From positions 27,962,001-28,026,000 of the forward strand of contig OX597818.1 in NCBI GenBank assembly GCA_951406725.2: DNA of 64,000 nt, given 5' to 3'. The translations under genes and the position numbers were made by a program. This stretch comes from Octopus vulgaris. Taxonomy: Eukaryota. Positions 1 through 14,095 of this stretch are shown in pieces; position 1 is the stretch's first letter; the number at the start of each line of letters is the position of its first letter. The notes under the pieces were generated by a model, which saw only the letters and a list, made by a program, of their open reading frames with translations, was not told the origin of the DNA and ran no database searches.

Positions 1-640
1 CACTAAATAAGGGATCGGGGGACCCTGTGAAAGGCTTTCTCCAAGTCCACAAAAGCTAAGTAAAGGGGTTTATCTTTAGCTAGGTATTTCTCCTGTAGTT
101 GTTGAACCAGGAATATGGCATCAGTGGTGCTTCAACCCGGCACAAAACCAAACTGCATCTCATCTAAGTAGACTCTCTCCCTAATGAGATGGGCTATGAC
201 CCTCTCTGTGACCTTCATCACCTAATCCAGCAGTTTGATACCCCTGTAGTTATTTCTATCTAGGGCATCATCTTTACCATTGTAGTAGTTGACTAGGGTG
301 CTGCTACACTAGTGATTGGGTATGACTCCATCATGAACTACCTGGTTTACAATGCAGGTGACTATGCCATAGCCCACACTACCAGCTGTTTTAAGCATCT
401 CAGCAGTGATTCCTGATGGGCTGGGGGCTTTCCCTGGCTTTATACCCTTAATTGCTTTATCTGCCAGGGAACTGATTGGGATAGCTGGTTTCTCTACTGG
501 GTCAACATTTGGTCGGCTCTCCTCCTCCCATTCATTCTCCACACTCAGCAGTCTTTCATAATGGCTTCTCCAAACCTCTTTCTTTTCAGAATCATTAAAA
601 GCAAGTGCACCATCATCCATGTGGACACATTTCTCTCCTA
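1..640 (-). mobile_element. RTE-clade LINE reverse transcriptase fragment (degenerate)
   Basis: Minus strand reads KAPSPSGITAEMLK, then QFGFVPG*STTDAIFLVQQLQEKYLAKDKPLYLAFVDLEKAF with stops; same family as copies at 31108 and 37207. Confidence 0.85.
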
Positions 641-650
641 ATATATATAT

Positions 651-1805
651 GTGTATTGGTCAAAATAATGGAAACACCTGGCATCATAGCATCATAATTT
701 TAAAATATCTGTAAAACCCTCAAAAGCTTGTTTATTTTTGTTTTTTGATTTATTATTGGTGTTTCTTAATATGTTTTGCTAAAATTGCTGTTTCTTTTCA
801 GATATCATCAGAAAAAGTTGATTAAAATTCATCAAAATGACAGAACTATCAAACTTTCAAAGAGGTTAAATTGTTGGTGCCCATATGGTAGGTGCTAGTG
901 TAGCAAAAACAGCCGAAATGTTTAGTGTATCAAGAAGTACTGTCTCAAAAGTAATGACAGCCTTTGAGAAAGTGAGAAAACCTCCTCACTGAAAAAAAAC
1001 TCCAGAAGAAAACCAAAACTTTCAGATAGGGACCGTCGGAATCTTACGTGAATTGCTAGAAAGGATCACAAAAGTACAGCTCTCAATATTACTGCACAGC
1101 TTAATGAGCTTGTGGAAACTCAGTTTCCACAAAAACTGTTCACTGGGAGCTGCACAAAGCCAAAACACACTACTTTCAAAAACAAACGTTGCAAAGCATT
1201 TAGAGTGGAGTAAAAACCTACAGAATTGGTCCCTAGAGCAGTGGAAGAATGTTATTTTCTTTGACGAGTCATCCTTTACCTTATTTCCGACCACCAACCA
1301 AAAGAAGCATTTGACCCAGACTGCCTTCTCCTACTGGAGGAGGATCTATGATGATCGGGGGTGGGCTGTCTGTGTCTTGGAGATTTATCAGCCCAAGACT
1401 ATTTAAGCATTTTATCTGATCAAATCCATCCTATGTTTGTGGAACTGTTTCCGGAGGGAAACACAATCTTTCAAGATGATAATGCACCAATTCACACAGC
1501 TAAAGTTGTTACTGAAGGGCATGAAGGACATTCTAGTGAAGTTGAACGTCTTATCTTGCCACCACAGTTTCCAGATCTCAATATTATTGAACATTTATGG
1601 TGCATTTTAGAAAAACAAGGATTCAATATCCTCCACCATTATCACTACAAGAACTGGTGACTGTTTTAGCTGAAGAATGGACAAAAGTTCCTTTGAAAAT
1701 AATTCAAACTATGTACAAGTCTATACCGCGTAGAATTCAAGCTATAATTACTGCCAATTACTGTTTGAAATTTTAAGGTGTTTCCATTATTTTGTCCAGC
1801 CCCTG
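651..1805 (+). mobile_element. Tc1-like DNA transposon with pseudogenised transposase
   Basis: TIRs caaaataatggaaacacct / aggtgtttccattattttg; broken ORFs with WKNVIFFDESSF, FQDDNAPIH and PDLNIIEHLW motifs. Confidence 0.85.
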
Positions 1806-1819
1806 TATATATATATACA

Positions 1820-1865
<46 letters not shown>

Positions 1866-1906
1866 ATGTATATACATATACATATATATATATATTTATA
1901 TGTATG

Positions 1907-1946
<40 letters not shown>

Positions 1947-3169
1947 TCATCATCATCATCATCGTTGTTTAACCTCTACTTTCGATGCTGGCATGGGTTG
2001 GACGGTTTGGTTGGAAATGACTGAAGGAGATTGAAATGGAATGACTGGTAAAGCTCCAATAGAAAGTTTATCTCTTAGGGACAGCAAGGATTATTAGGAC
2101 CTTTCTAAGCACTTGAAAACTTGTGGCTATCTAAAGTTACAGGTAGTAACCCACTATCCACATAAATCCTACCAGGAATGAGTCAAACGAAAATAATAAT
2201 CACTAATCTAACTCTTATTATTTTATTTTGAAAATATTGTAAATACATGATTTTATAATTGTTTTATGAATTTAATACACTTGCTCAACAAAAAGTAAGT
2301 TTCATTTTTCAAAAATACATTTTGGCTAACCTAACTGCTTGCCTCCCTATTTATTTTTAAATGAGTAGCAAATTTAAATGTAATAGACATTGAGAGACCT
2401 GGCTCACATTTTTAGAAACTTTTCGATAAATTTAAAGACACTACTAACCTCAACATAATTTACCTTCTAACAATCCATAAAATACAATTATTTAGGCAGC
2501 TGAATGAAAAATTAAGAACAGCAATCAGCAGAAGTGTAATATTTAAAGTAGTCTCATATAAATGTACTTCTGTTAAAATCAAATTATTATTGCAATGTCT
2601 TTAAAAAAGAGAAACACTAGAAGCAATGTAGACAATGAAATGTCTAGTTGAAATTACTGCTCAGAAAATATGAAATAGCAAATCTAACTAGAAATTTCTT
2701 AATATTAATCAGGAGACATTTATCAATCAACCACCTACTTTATAAGATATTCAATAAAATACTTTGAAGTTTGCAATTCATAAGGAATGCCAGCAGTATT
2801 GTAGAAATCAAATTCAAAAGCAGCACCCAAGAAAGTGAATATAAGATGAAAGAAAACAGTCTGTTCAATGGTTAAGTTAACCATCTACAGAGTTAAAGCC
2901 GCATACTAAGAAGCTTATATAAAAGCTGAAAAAGACTACATCTTAATAAGGTAATCTTGATTGAGCAAACCTTTCACCAGAGGTATACTAGCTGTGACCT
3001 CTGCATCTTTTCTTTGTGTTCAGTGGACCTGGAAAAACATTATTCAATGTGTTCCTTTTTCCTTTTTTAAGATGGTTGAGTATGGTTTAGCCATTTCTTT
3101 AAACATAACTTCATCTTTAAGAATAAAGAAAAGATGAATATAGTCAGACAGATAAATGACTTAAAAGGT

Positions 3170-3755
3170 CATGTTGCAAGAGAGAAAGTGTTTGTTTTGC
3201 TTGATGAGGAATGCTTGGATGATGTGGGTGGAATGAGTGGGTGTGTTGTCATGGTGGAGTTGCCAGTTCTTTGCTGCCCACAGGTTGGGTTGTTTTCACC
3301 GCACAACTTCATGAAGGTGACAAAGAACCCCCAGGTAGTACTTTTTGTTAATTGCCTGGCCACAACATGGCCCACTGTCCACTGAGGTGAAGTCATTTTT
3401 GAACCGGTTGTACCACTCTTTTATTTGTGTTTTTCCCATAGCATCATCTCCAAAGGCTTTCTGAATCTCCTCAATAGCCTGGGTTTGCGTATCACCAAGT
3501 GTTTAATAAAATTTGATACAGTATCTTTGCTCAATGTGCTTGGTCATCACGACACAAAAAGAAAAATTGCACCACACACTCTCCATGTCTGTACTCAATG
3601 CATCACTGTGGGTGAATGGCACAACCTACAGAAATGAAAATTTTTGTGCATGCTCAGGAAGAATGCAGCCACCTAATATTCATGCAGATTTTGTTCATGC
3701 ATTATTATTTTGTGCGTAAAAAATCAAGGTTGGATACTTTTTGACTACACCTTGT
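3170..3755 (-). mobile_element. mariner-type transposase remnant
   Basis: Minus-strand frame GQTINKKYYLGVLCHL..WQLHHDNTPTH; TIR-like end ..tacaccttgta. Confidence 0.6.
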
Positions 3756-3789
3756 ATTTCTCATTTTACTGCATCTCTTGTTTTTTTTG

Positions 3790-3900
3790 TGAAGGCATAT
3801 GGCCAAGAGGTTAGTGTATTGCAATCATAATCGCCAGTGTATGGGTTCAATTTCTAGACTGAGCAATGTATTCTGTTCTTGAGTAAAACACTTCATTTAG
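3790..3900 (+). mobile_element. tRNA-derived SINE head fragment
   Basis: A-box-like tggccaagagg and B-box-like ggttcaatt followed by ttgagtaaaacactt. Confidence 0.45.
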
Positions 3901-4529
3901 TGCTGTGTGGGGGTCTGCATGTCAAAGAATAGATCCAATGTTTTCTCTATATGACATGTGGAAGAGGTGGAAATAAGATTTGCACTCTGACCTCATAAAA
4001 GTCTCACCTGCAATGACTACACAAACAGGCCCATGGCCTAGAAGGTTGTCACCTGAGTGGTGCAGAGGTGTCACCCTCCAGGAGTGTGGAATCACCAACA
4101 AATGATCGATGCAGTGATGTGTTGTTACAGTGCATGGTCCCAAACCACTGCTACTACTACTATTGTTTCTACACATTTCATTCCATACATAGGCAGCTTT
4201 GGTACAGGTTATTAGGGCTGATTCATTAAAAAATTCCTACAGGTAGCTTTCTCATGAAAGAAGGAATTAATGAATCGCTTTTTGTATGAATTCAAGTCAG
4301 AAATAGATGGAGCTATTGTAGAATTTTGTTCGTTTTTTTATTGTAAAATTACATATTTTTATATATGTTTATATTTTCTTATAAGATAATATACGTACAT
4401 TTATTTAAGTATTTTGTTGTTTTTATCTTAGACCTGATGAGTAACTATATTTACTAATTATATACTAATTATTTATTATTTTGTACTTTATTTAGTTCTA
4501 GGTAAATGCTTTATTGTATCTTTAATTTT

Positions 4530-4778
4530 TGGCACGTAAAAAGCACCATCCGATTGTGGCCTTTGCCAGCCTCATCAGGCACCTGTGCAGGTGGCACATA
4601 AAAAGCACCCACTACACTCTCGGAGTGGTTGGCATTAGGAAGGGCATCCAGCTGTAGAAACACTGCCAGATCAGACTGGGCCTGGCGCAGCCTTCTGGCT
4701 TCCCAGACCCCAGTTGAACTGTCCAACCCATGCTAGTATGGAAAATGGACGTTAAACGATGATGATGATGATGATGGT
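4530..4778 (+). mobile_element. RTE 3'-end / RTE-partner SINE with (GAT)n tail
   Basis: tggcacgtaaaaagcacc..ggaagggcatccagctgtagaaac..ccaacccatgctag..gttaaacgatgatgat; matches the RTE 3' end at 33430-33616; further copies near 22820, 42020, 47380, 55765 (-) and 61788. Confidence 0.8.
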
Positions 4779-5778
4779 ATGATTTAAGTATATCATTGCT
4801 GAATTGCTACATGGTGGTTCTTCTCTAATTTATATACATATATATATATTTATTACTAACTTATCTAGAAGATATGAAGGCCGACCTAAACCAGCTATCA
4901 GCAACCATCTATGCAAAACACAAGGAACACCCACCCACCACCAGCTAGAAAATCATACACACACAGCTCCATACAAAAACTACTCACATTGCTACCTCTG
5001 AACAACATAAAACATAACTTAGAACAATGCAAATATCAAGCTACCTTTACCTCAACATTCTTGTTAAATGTATGTGGCATCAACCCATCACTCATTGCCC
5101 AAAAATGGAAGATCCCATTTATAGTTGGCTTGCCAAAATGACACATTGCTTCCCTTTCTTTATCCTCACTGACACTTTCCTGAACAGCACACATATGGCT
5201 GCCAAGGTGAAAATAAAAGATTTCACCATCATCCGTGCTGATCACATAAATTGATATAAAGGGGGGACTATAATTTAAAATTGAATTGATTTTCAATTAA
5301 ATTTAAATTTAATTGTAATTCGAATTTAATTATAGCCATGAAACGTACATAGATTTTTTTACTTATTATATATTGATTATACAATTTTAAACTTTTTGTG
5401 ATCTAGTTATATGTTTTAAAAAATATATTTTATTTTTTAGTTATGATTTGGTTTATGTCTATCATTGTTTGAATTGCATAATAGTGGTTTTTCTCTAATT
5501 TATATATTATATACTTATATTGTGAAATTTGATTTAATACTAAATTGAATTTTTCCTTGTAAGTTTGGAGTTATGCTCCCTAATATTATATATCATCATC
5601 ATCATAATCATCATCATCATTGTTTAACGTCCGTTTTCCGTGCTAGCATGGGTTGGTATATGTATATATATATATATATATATATTTGTATATATAAACA
5701 TATATATATAAATACATATATATAAACATATGTATATATACATATATATACACATATACATACATATATATACATATG

Positions 5779-5851
<73 letters not shown>

Positions 5852-6203
5852 TTTATGGCTGTAAGACTTTTTACTGATGTACATGTATAATTATTCTTTT
5901 TCTGCTGTATTTGTATAGTTATTTTTTTATTGTAGCCATATTATTGTTATATTATTTTAGTTTGTCTTGTTTGTTTTAGTGCTTGTTATATATGTTCGCT
6001 AGCTATTCCCAGAAGCTTTCTGCTTTGGCACTGCCAAGATGGAGTGATATCAATGGTAAAACCATGAAACCACTGTGATTTCTTGGACATTGACTAATGC
6101 GGAAACAACTGTGAATTTTCTGTGTACTATGATTTTGTCTACTTTTCCATATGTTGTGGTTCTGTTAAATTTTTCCATTTATTGTGCTCTTTTTATTCAA
6201 TCT

Positions 6204-6253
<50 letters not shown>

Positions 6254-6489
6254 ATGTATGTATGTATATGTATACGTCTATTTGAGTTAGAGGTTAAACA
6301 ACCATCTAAGGGATAATAAATATACTACTGAATGTATACCTATGTATTTATATCCAAATGCATACTGTTGCAAAGAAATAGTGCAGTTGAATAATAGGTA
6401 TGAGTGGGTGTAAACAGAAATTTACCCAGAATTTATAAGGCAAAGAAATATTATTCACTCTCTTATTCTTGTTCATTTATTTATTTACT

Positions 6490-6593
6490 TTTCTGTTTGC
6501 TTATTTATACATATGATTATAATTAATAGATAGATCCAATTGATGTTTGCAGGCTGATATTTGTTAATTGATTATCTCCATTTTTTTCTTTGC

Positions 6594-6632
<39 letters not shown>

Positions 6633-6732
6633 CAAAGAAGAAAATGGAAATACTCAATTAACAAATATCAGCCTGCAAACATCAATTGGATCTATCTATT
6701 AATTATAATCATATGTATAAATAAGTAAACAG

Positions 6733-6735
<3 letters not shown>
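6490..6735. repeat. ~105-bp inverted repeat around a (TA)n spacer
   Basis: 6490-6595 is the near-perfect reverse complement of 6630-6735. Confidence 0.85.
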
Positions 6736-6769
<34 letters not shown>

Positions 6770-6789
6770 GAGAGAGAGAAATCAGCATG

Positions 6790-8135
6790 AGGCTATTATC
6801 TACAAATCTGGATCAGAAAGCTCAGGAATACCCAGTATTAAGTGTTCTAACTCTTCTATATATGAAATTGTTAAGGTTTTATATAGTATTTGTGATAAAC
6901 ATGATTTTGGTAAGGCTTTCAGTGGGCTGCATACCCTTCATATGAGTAACTGCTTTATATCATTGTGTATACTATCATATCAGTGGCACTGGAAAGCTGG
7001 TCTTTCTGGAATCAGATGTGCCCACAACATCTTATCATTTGTTAATTCAGAGTTACTGCTTTCCTTGCCAGGTTGTTGTTCCAGCTTGCAAAGTTCTTGC
7101 CTCCTCCATGTGTAGTTGAGAAATCTTTTTCTTATATGATGGGTTTGTTCCCACTTTTAATGTGGATCTTCTTACTTAGCTATGAAATCACATCCCTCCA
7201 TGTCTTCTACAAATTACCTGGTATTTTTATGATAGTATCTGCATGTCTATGAGCAGGTAGGAGATTTGAAACAAAAGGTCAATAATCTGGAAAGGACTGG
7301 GTATAGTGGTTAGTGTGGAGATAACAAGAGTGGTTAACAAGAGGAGAGTGGAGTGAAATGGAGGAGGTCTGAGTGATAGTATTAAAGGCCAGCATGCTCC
7401 AAGGTGCACAGACTATGTAGCCCTTCTGTGGATGTGACTCAAAAAGTTTGTGTGCATAGCAGCAACCCTGTCCTAATTGTGAATGCATTACTCTACTGAG
7501 GATCTCACTTGAATCTTGTAGAGATTCTGCAGCTGTTAGAGTCTGAAATATTCTGATCATGAAGAGAAAGGCTATTCTGAGTTGCATTCCTATTCATGCT
7601 CAGAATGTGCTTTCACTTGGAGATGTCTCCAGTGGTAATGAAACCCTGTATTTGGAGTGACTGTAAGTTAGTTGTGTATGACATATGTGAGGTGAGTGCA
7701 GTGTTGTTTTCTTGTTATCAGTAGTGCTAAAATTTTTTCTTTCTTTTTGTTTTTGCTACTAAAAGAGATGCAGTTGGCACGAACCCTCTGGAGGATGTTC
7801 ACATGGTCTCTATTCATGGAATCAATGCAAGTTTGGCAGGAGGTAAGAATGATGCATGGTCAGGGAAAGATAGGGAGGAATAAAGATTCATATCATTAGC
7901 CTTAGAATGGGCATTGTTAGATGCCATGGCTGATAAGTCATTGATGTATAGAAGGAAAAGAGTGGTGGGGTAAAACTGAACCCTGGGGACCATCAAGTTT
8001 GACTGAGAGGGAAATAGAAAGGGCTCTGATCAGCATATGCTGCAATGGCTCAATCTGATAGGAAGCTACCAGTCTAAGAGATGAAAGATGTTTAGAACTC
8101 ATAAATGGGAAGTTTTGCCAAGAGATTTGCATAAG
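6790..8135 (-). mobile_element. CR1/L2/Jockey-type LINE RT remnant
   Basis: Minus-strand motifs GPQGSVLP and LFLLYINDL, heavily disrupted. Confidence 0.6.
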
Positions 8136-8469
8136 GCAAAAATTTTTTAAATAATACAGAATTTAAGCTATGTCCTCAGGTGAAAGTTCTTCTAGGTTTA
8201 AAATTTCCTTAAATCTAGCCCATTTCATGGGATTTTCAATAGACATATCGTTAAATTATTCTATTTTAACAATGCTCAATATTACTGAATCTAGATTTAA
8301 TTATCAGAATCTAAAATATCTAGCTTCTAATAATCAAACAAATGATAATACATTCAATGCTGCAATTAAAACTTTTATAGCTCATCTATCTATAATATGT
8401 AACCTCAAAAATAATTATACTCATGCTTCTAATTTCAGTAATAATAGTATTATTTAACTAATCAGATAC

Positions 8470-8545
<76 letters not shown>

Positions 8546-8569
8546 TAACAACAATAACAATAATAATAA

Positions 8570-11500
8570 TAGACTTGGATACAGCAATGAACCCTAATAA
8601 ATTAGCTAACATACGAAGATACATTCTCAACACAAAAAAAATATCAGAAATAGAAATAGAACATCTAAAAGAAAACATACATCAGGAAAATGTAGATAGA
8701 AGCCACACAACAATGCCCAATAATATAAACACTGAAACTGTAAAACACGAAGACAAACGCAACATTCCCAACAAACACGATGTAAACAACGAAGGGGAGC
8801 CTAATGATTATGATAATATAAAAAATAAAATAATCAAAGAACTGAAAACCACAGAGCTCAAAATGGACCACCGACCATACCTCCCAAGAATCAAAATAAA
8901 CGAAATAACAACACCAATTATAAACAGCATAAACCTAGCCGTCACTGAACTGATAGTCACTGAAACAAAAAAAAGTGATATCACTGAGCTAAATGACTTA
9001 ATATACACAGCAGCCACTGCAGCCACAAAAGAAGCTGGATACTCACCCAAACCCACGCAAACAGGAGTACCACCACCCAAACAAACCCTGTGGATAAATA
9101 ACATCTAAAACAAAATAAAAAAAAAATTAGAAAAGACCTGTCGATTCTTAATGAAATCAGCAAACAATCAACGCTACTGAGCAACAAAAAGAGAACAAAA
9201 ATACTCCGCAAATATAACATCACAGAGAAAGATTTGCCTGAGATAAAAGAAAAGCTGAAGCAAGATATCCTTGCCAAAGCACAAAGGATCTGCCGGTACG
9301 AGAAACACCAATGCTTCTTTGAACAAAACAAAAAGTTCAACTCCAACCCCAAAAAGTTCTACCAAGAACTGGGCAAAAATAAAATAGAAGTCACTGCAGC
9401 ACCAACGGCAGAAGAATTGGAAGAATTCTGGAGAGAAATATGGTCGGCGAACGAACAACCAAAAAAAGGAGTATCAAAATAACAAACTCGGCATCTGAAC
9501 AACTTTGGACCCCCATAACAACTGAAGAGGTCACCCAGGCACTGCAAAGACTAAGCAACTGGAAGGCACCTGGGCATGACAAGATCCCCAACTTCTGGTT
9601 GAAATATCTAACAGGAATGCACAAAAAGCAGGCTGAAAACTTTAACAACATACTAGCAGAGCCAGAGACAATGCCTGAATGGCTCACGAAGGGGAAAACC
9701 ATCTTAATTCCCAAATCAAATGAAACAGAAAAACCAGAAAACTACAGACCAATAACCTGCCTCCCTACTATGTTCAAGGCATTTACTGCAGTGATATCGC
9801 AAAGGCTGAACAAGCACCTGGACGAAAACAAACTGTTCCCAGAAGAGCAGATAGGATGCCGCAAAGGCTCATATGGCTGTAAAGATCAACTAATGATTAA
9901 TAAAGCCGTAACTGAAGACAGCCACAGAAAGAAGAAAGGCCTCAGTATGGCCTGGATTGACTACAAAAAGGCGTTTGATAGCATCCCCCACACATGGATC
10001 CTCGAAACACTAGCCATTAACAAAGTAGCATCAACAATCATAAAATTCATAGAGCACTCTATGAATAAATGGCAAACAGTCCTACACCTCCAAACAAAAG
10101 AGGGACTCATGAAAACCAAAGACATCCCCATTAGAAGAGGAATATTCCAGGGAGACACGCTCTCTCCACTCCTTTTCTGCTTAGCACTGTCACCTCTATC
10201 TGATATACTAAATAGAACTGGATGCGGATATAAATGTTACGGCAAAACGATCAGCCACCTTTTATATATGGATGACCTAAAACTATACGCTGCAAATGAC
10301 AAACAGCTGGAAACACTATTAAAGACAGTTCATGGATTTACCAAAGAAATAGATATGAAATTTGGATTAGAAAAATGCGCCAAAGTAACCATGAAAAGAG
10401 GAAAACTAGTTAAGAGTAACAACATCACACTAGATAAAACCAATGAAATAAAAGAATTAGACCAAAGCCAAACTTACAAATACTTAGGAATCCATGAACT
10501 AGATAAGACACAACACACACAAATGAAAGAGAAAATAAAAAAAGAATATTATAGACGAGTTAGATCAATACTAAAAACAGAGCTCAATGCTAAAAACAAG
10601 ATAATAGGTATCAACACTTTAGCTGTCCCAGTTACAAGTTACAGCTACAATATCCTTAACTGGACACGAAATGAACTGACCAAAATAGATAGGAAAACAA
10701 GAAAAATAATGACAGGATCTAGGATGCATCACTCAAAATCTGACATAGAAAGACTATATATACAACGTATAGAAGGTGGTAGAGGCCTTATACAGCTGGA
10801 AAACTACTATAAAATAACCACCATAGGACTGCAAAAATATCTACTTCAGAAGGAAGGAAAACTGATCCAGATAGCGGCAAAACACGAGCAAAACAAAAAA
10901 CTGTTCTCAGTATTTAAGGAAGCTGACAAATACAAACAAGAAATCATACCACCTAATAAACAAGAAGAAGAAGAAGAAGAAGAAGAAGAAGAAGAAGATG
11001 AAGAAACAACAAAAGCTATAAAACAAATGAAATCCAAACTAAAAATAGAATAGCAACGAACTATGATAAAACGATGGCAAGAAAAGCCCCTTCATGGTAA
11101 ATACTGGACTAAACTAAACGCAAAAGAAATAGACAAAAAAAAAATCCCAGCAATGGTTGAGAAGCTCAGGACTCAAAGCAGAAACAGAGGGATTTTTAAT
11201 TGCAGCACAAGACCAAAGCCTCCCCACCAGAAATTACCAAAAACATGTAATGAAAAGAAATATTACAAGTAACTGCAGAATATGTGGAGATGGACAAGAA
11301 ACAATAAATCATATTATCTCTAGCTGCCCAGTCCTGGCTAAGAAGGAATATATTCACAGACATGACAGAGTTGGAACCTACATACATTGGAAGCTATGCC
11401 AACATTATGGAATAACAACAGAAAAAAGATGGTATAGGCACACACCAGAAAAGGTCACAGAAAACGAGAAAGCAACCATACTCTGGGATATGCCGATACA

Positions 11501-11936
11501 CACAGATAGAGAAATTAAGGCCAACAGACCAGATATAGTTGTCAGAGATCATGAAGAAAAAAATGCTTTCTAATTGATGTATCAATACCGGCAGATGACA
11601 ACGTGTCTCTAAAAGAAATGGAGAAACTCTCAAAATACAAAGACCTGGAAATAGAGGTAACTAGAATGTGGAATCTGAAAACAGAAACAATTCCTATCAT
11701 AGTAGGTGCATTAGGCATGATAAAAAAATATTCAAACAAATACATAACAAAAACACCAGGACTTACAAACACATATAACATACAGAAAATTGCACTACTA
11801 GGCACTGCACACATCCTACGCAGAACACTTTCCATACAATAACCATCAGAGCATCACAACAAATCACAGCACATACCCAAGGCACACAGAGCTGCGCTCG
11901 GTAGTGAAGTGAAAGCACGCTATAAAAATAAAACTA

Positions 11937-11940
<4 letters not shown>
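8570..11940 (+). mobile_element. R4/Dong-clade non-LTR retrotransposon (RT + CCHC + RLE), 5'-truncated, inserted in (TAA)n
   Basis: KAPGHD, YRPITCL, WIDYKKAFDS, GIFQGDTLSPLLF, HLLYMDDLK; zinc knuckle CRICGDGQETINHIISSC; RLE motif RPDIVV..LIDVSIP; (TAA)n arrays at 8471-8545 and 11940-11990. Confidence 0.9.
9440..11053 (+). pseudogene. reverse transcriptase segment of the R4/Dong element (537 aa open segment)
   Basis: ORF track; RT motifs present; bounded by a frameshift near 9470 and a TAG at 11051. Confidence 0.85.
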
Positions 11941-11993
<53 letters not shown>

Positions 11994-11994
11994 C

Positions 11995-12400
11995 AATATT
12001 ATTATTATTTTACCTATTGTAACTGTCGTAATAAAACCAAATGTCCTATTAATAACCAATGTATTAGAGAAAATATTGTATGTAAATGTTCAATTAAGGC
12101 TCTTGGTAATAAACATATCTACATTGGTGCATCCTCTTCATCATTTGAAATTAGATGGAATAATCCTAGATCTACATTTAGATATAAAGAAAAGCTAATC
12201 ATACATCCCTACGTAATTTTGTACATGCATTAAGGGTTAGTAATATTGAATACAAAATTTATTGGTCACTATTCGATTATGTGCAACATTATAGTGGTGT
12301 GGTCTTTGAATATCAGAAGCATTTTTAAAATAGTAAAAATAGCGTAATTATGATTATAATTGGCATGATGAACTTATTTTAAGCTGCCAACTTGTTAAAT
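11995..12400 (+). mobile_element. Penelope-like GIY-YIG endonuclease remnant
   Basis: NCRNKTKCPINNQCIRENIVCKC..HIYIGASSSSFEIRWNN. Confidence 0.7.
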
Positions 12401-12524
12401 ATTAATCTTTTCTATACTGTAAACCTATATAACATTATACTTATAATATAATTAGTTTCTTTTTCTTGTGTTATTTGTGGCATTTTGATCTGATAGTTGT
12501 ATTTGCACTGTTATATTTATACTT

Positions 12525-12740
12525 AAGGTGGTGAGCTGGCAAAATCATTAGCACACCAGGCAAAATGCTTAGTAGTATTTCGTCTTCTGCTGCATTCTGA
12601 GTTCAAATTTCGCTCAAGTCAGCTTAGCCTTTCATTCTCTCAGGGTCAATAAATTAAGTACCAGTGAAACACTGGGATTGACTAGTCCCCTCCTGCCAAA
12701 TTTCAGGCCTTGTGCCTTTCGTAGAAAGGATTATTATATT
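12525..12740 (+). mobile_element. tRNA-derived SINE (family 2)
   Basis: ggtgagctggca..ttagcac..tgagttcaaatt..gtagaaaggattatta; related inverted copy near 19600-19780. Confidence 0.65.
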
Positions 12741-13705
12741 TATACTTGTTTCCATTACTATTCTTTTTTTTCTACAAAATGCCTACTTATATATATGTAC
12801 GCATGAGTATGTATGTGTATGTATATGTATGTTTCTCTCACTCTTTCTCCTTCTGTCACTATATATATATTTATACTCACGTACACATAAGTATACACAT
12901 GATAAAGGGGTAGGTATGTACATATATGTAGACATGCACATAGGAGACACACAGACAACTACCATTACATACAGTCCGTGCACTTATATATATGCACATA
13001 TATATTTGCAGATATATACATTTACACACACAATATAGATATACATACGCACACATACATATACACATATTTAAATAGACACAGGTGTATAAAAAAACAC
13101 AGAGATAGCTGCCTCTACATGTTACCAGTGAAAAACTGTGCATGTATGTATAAAACATTAATGTATACCAAATGCAGTGATTGTACATGTACCTAAATAA
13201 ATAACAAAATACATCTAATTTATGAGTACAAAACTCTAGACACAATCCTAGATATAGAACTTAATCATTATAGTACAAACTGAAGGCATTGCAAGACCAA
13301 CTCACCAATTACCTTGCATCCCAACACTTTTCATTCAGCTTTTCCCTAACAATATTATGTTATATAATTTTATTTTATTTTATTATTCACTTTTCTCTGG
13401 TTTCATATGCCAAACCTCCATAGATTCTGATGTATCATTCCATGATTGATCTAATCAATGGCCTTTGCAAAATTGATATATATCACATTCACTGATGAGT
13501 GATTCTTTGTTTCAACACCCAGTTATAATGCTGCAAAAGCTGTGTAATGCAACTTCTTCTTGAGTGGAAGCCATGCTAGGTGTCAGGGAGCAATTCATTA
13601 TCTTCAAGGAATGTGATCAATTTCCTCTTGACAATGCGTTCCATGAGATGGACATAAGAGATGTTGGCGGTCGGTGGTCAGGCCAAGAAAGAAAGATATA
13701 TATAT

Positions 13706-14095
13706 ATGGCAGAGGAGTGGCTGTGTGGTAAGAAGCTTGCTTCTTACCACATGGTTCCAGGATCAGACCCACTGCATAGTACCTTGGGCAAGTGTCTTCT
13801 ACTATAGCCTTGGGCCGACAAAAGCCTTGTGAGTAGATTTGGTAGATGGAAACTGAAAGAAGCCTGTAACATATATATATATATATGTATGTATATGTAT
13901 GTATGTATTTGTTATTTGTACTTGACAACCAATGTTGGTGTGTTTACATTCCCATTACTTAGTAGTTTGGCAAAAAGAAACCGATTGAATAAGTCCTAGG
14001 CTTACAAAGAATAAGTCCTGGGGAAGATTTGTTCAACTAAAGGCAGTGCTCCAGTATGGCACAATCAAATGACTGAAACAAGTAAAAGCAAAGAA
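13706..14095 (+). mobile_element. tRNA-derived SINE (family 3) with internal microsatellite
   Basis: ggagtggctgtgtggtaagaag..accttgggcaagtgtcttctactatagcc..ggaaactgaaagaagcc; copies near 24100 (-), 33645 (-), 44195 (+) and 61630 (-). Confidence 0.7.
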
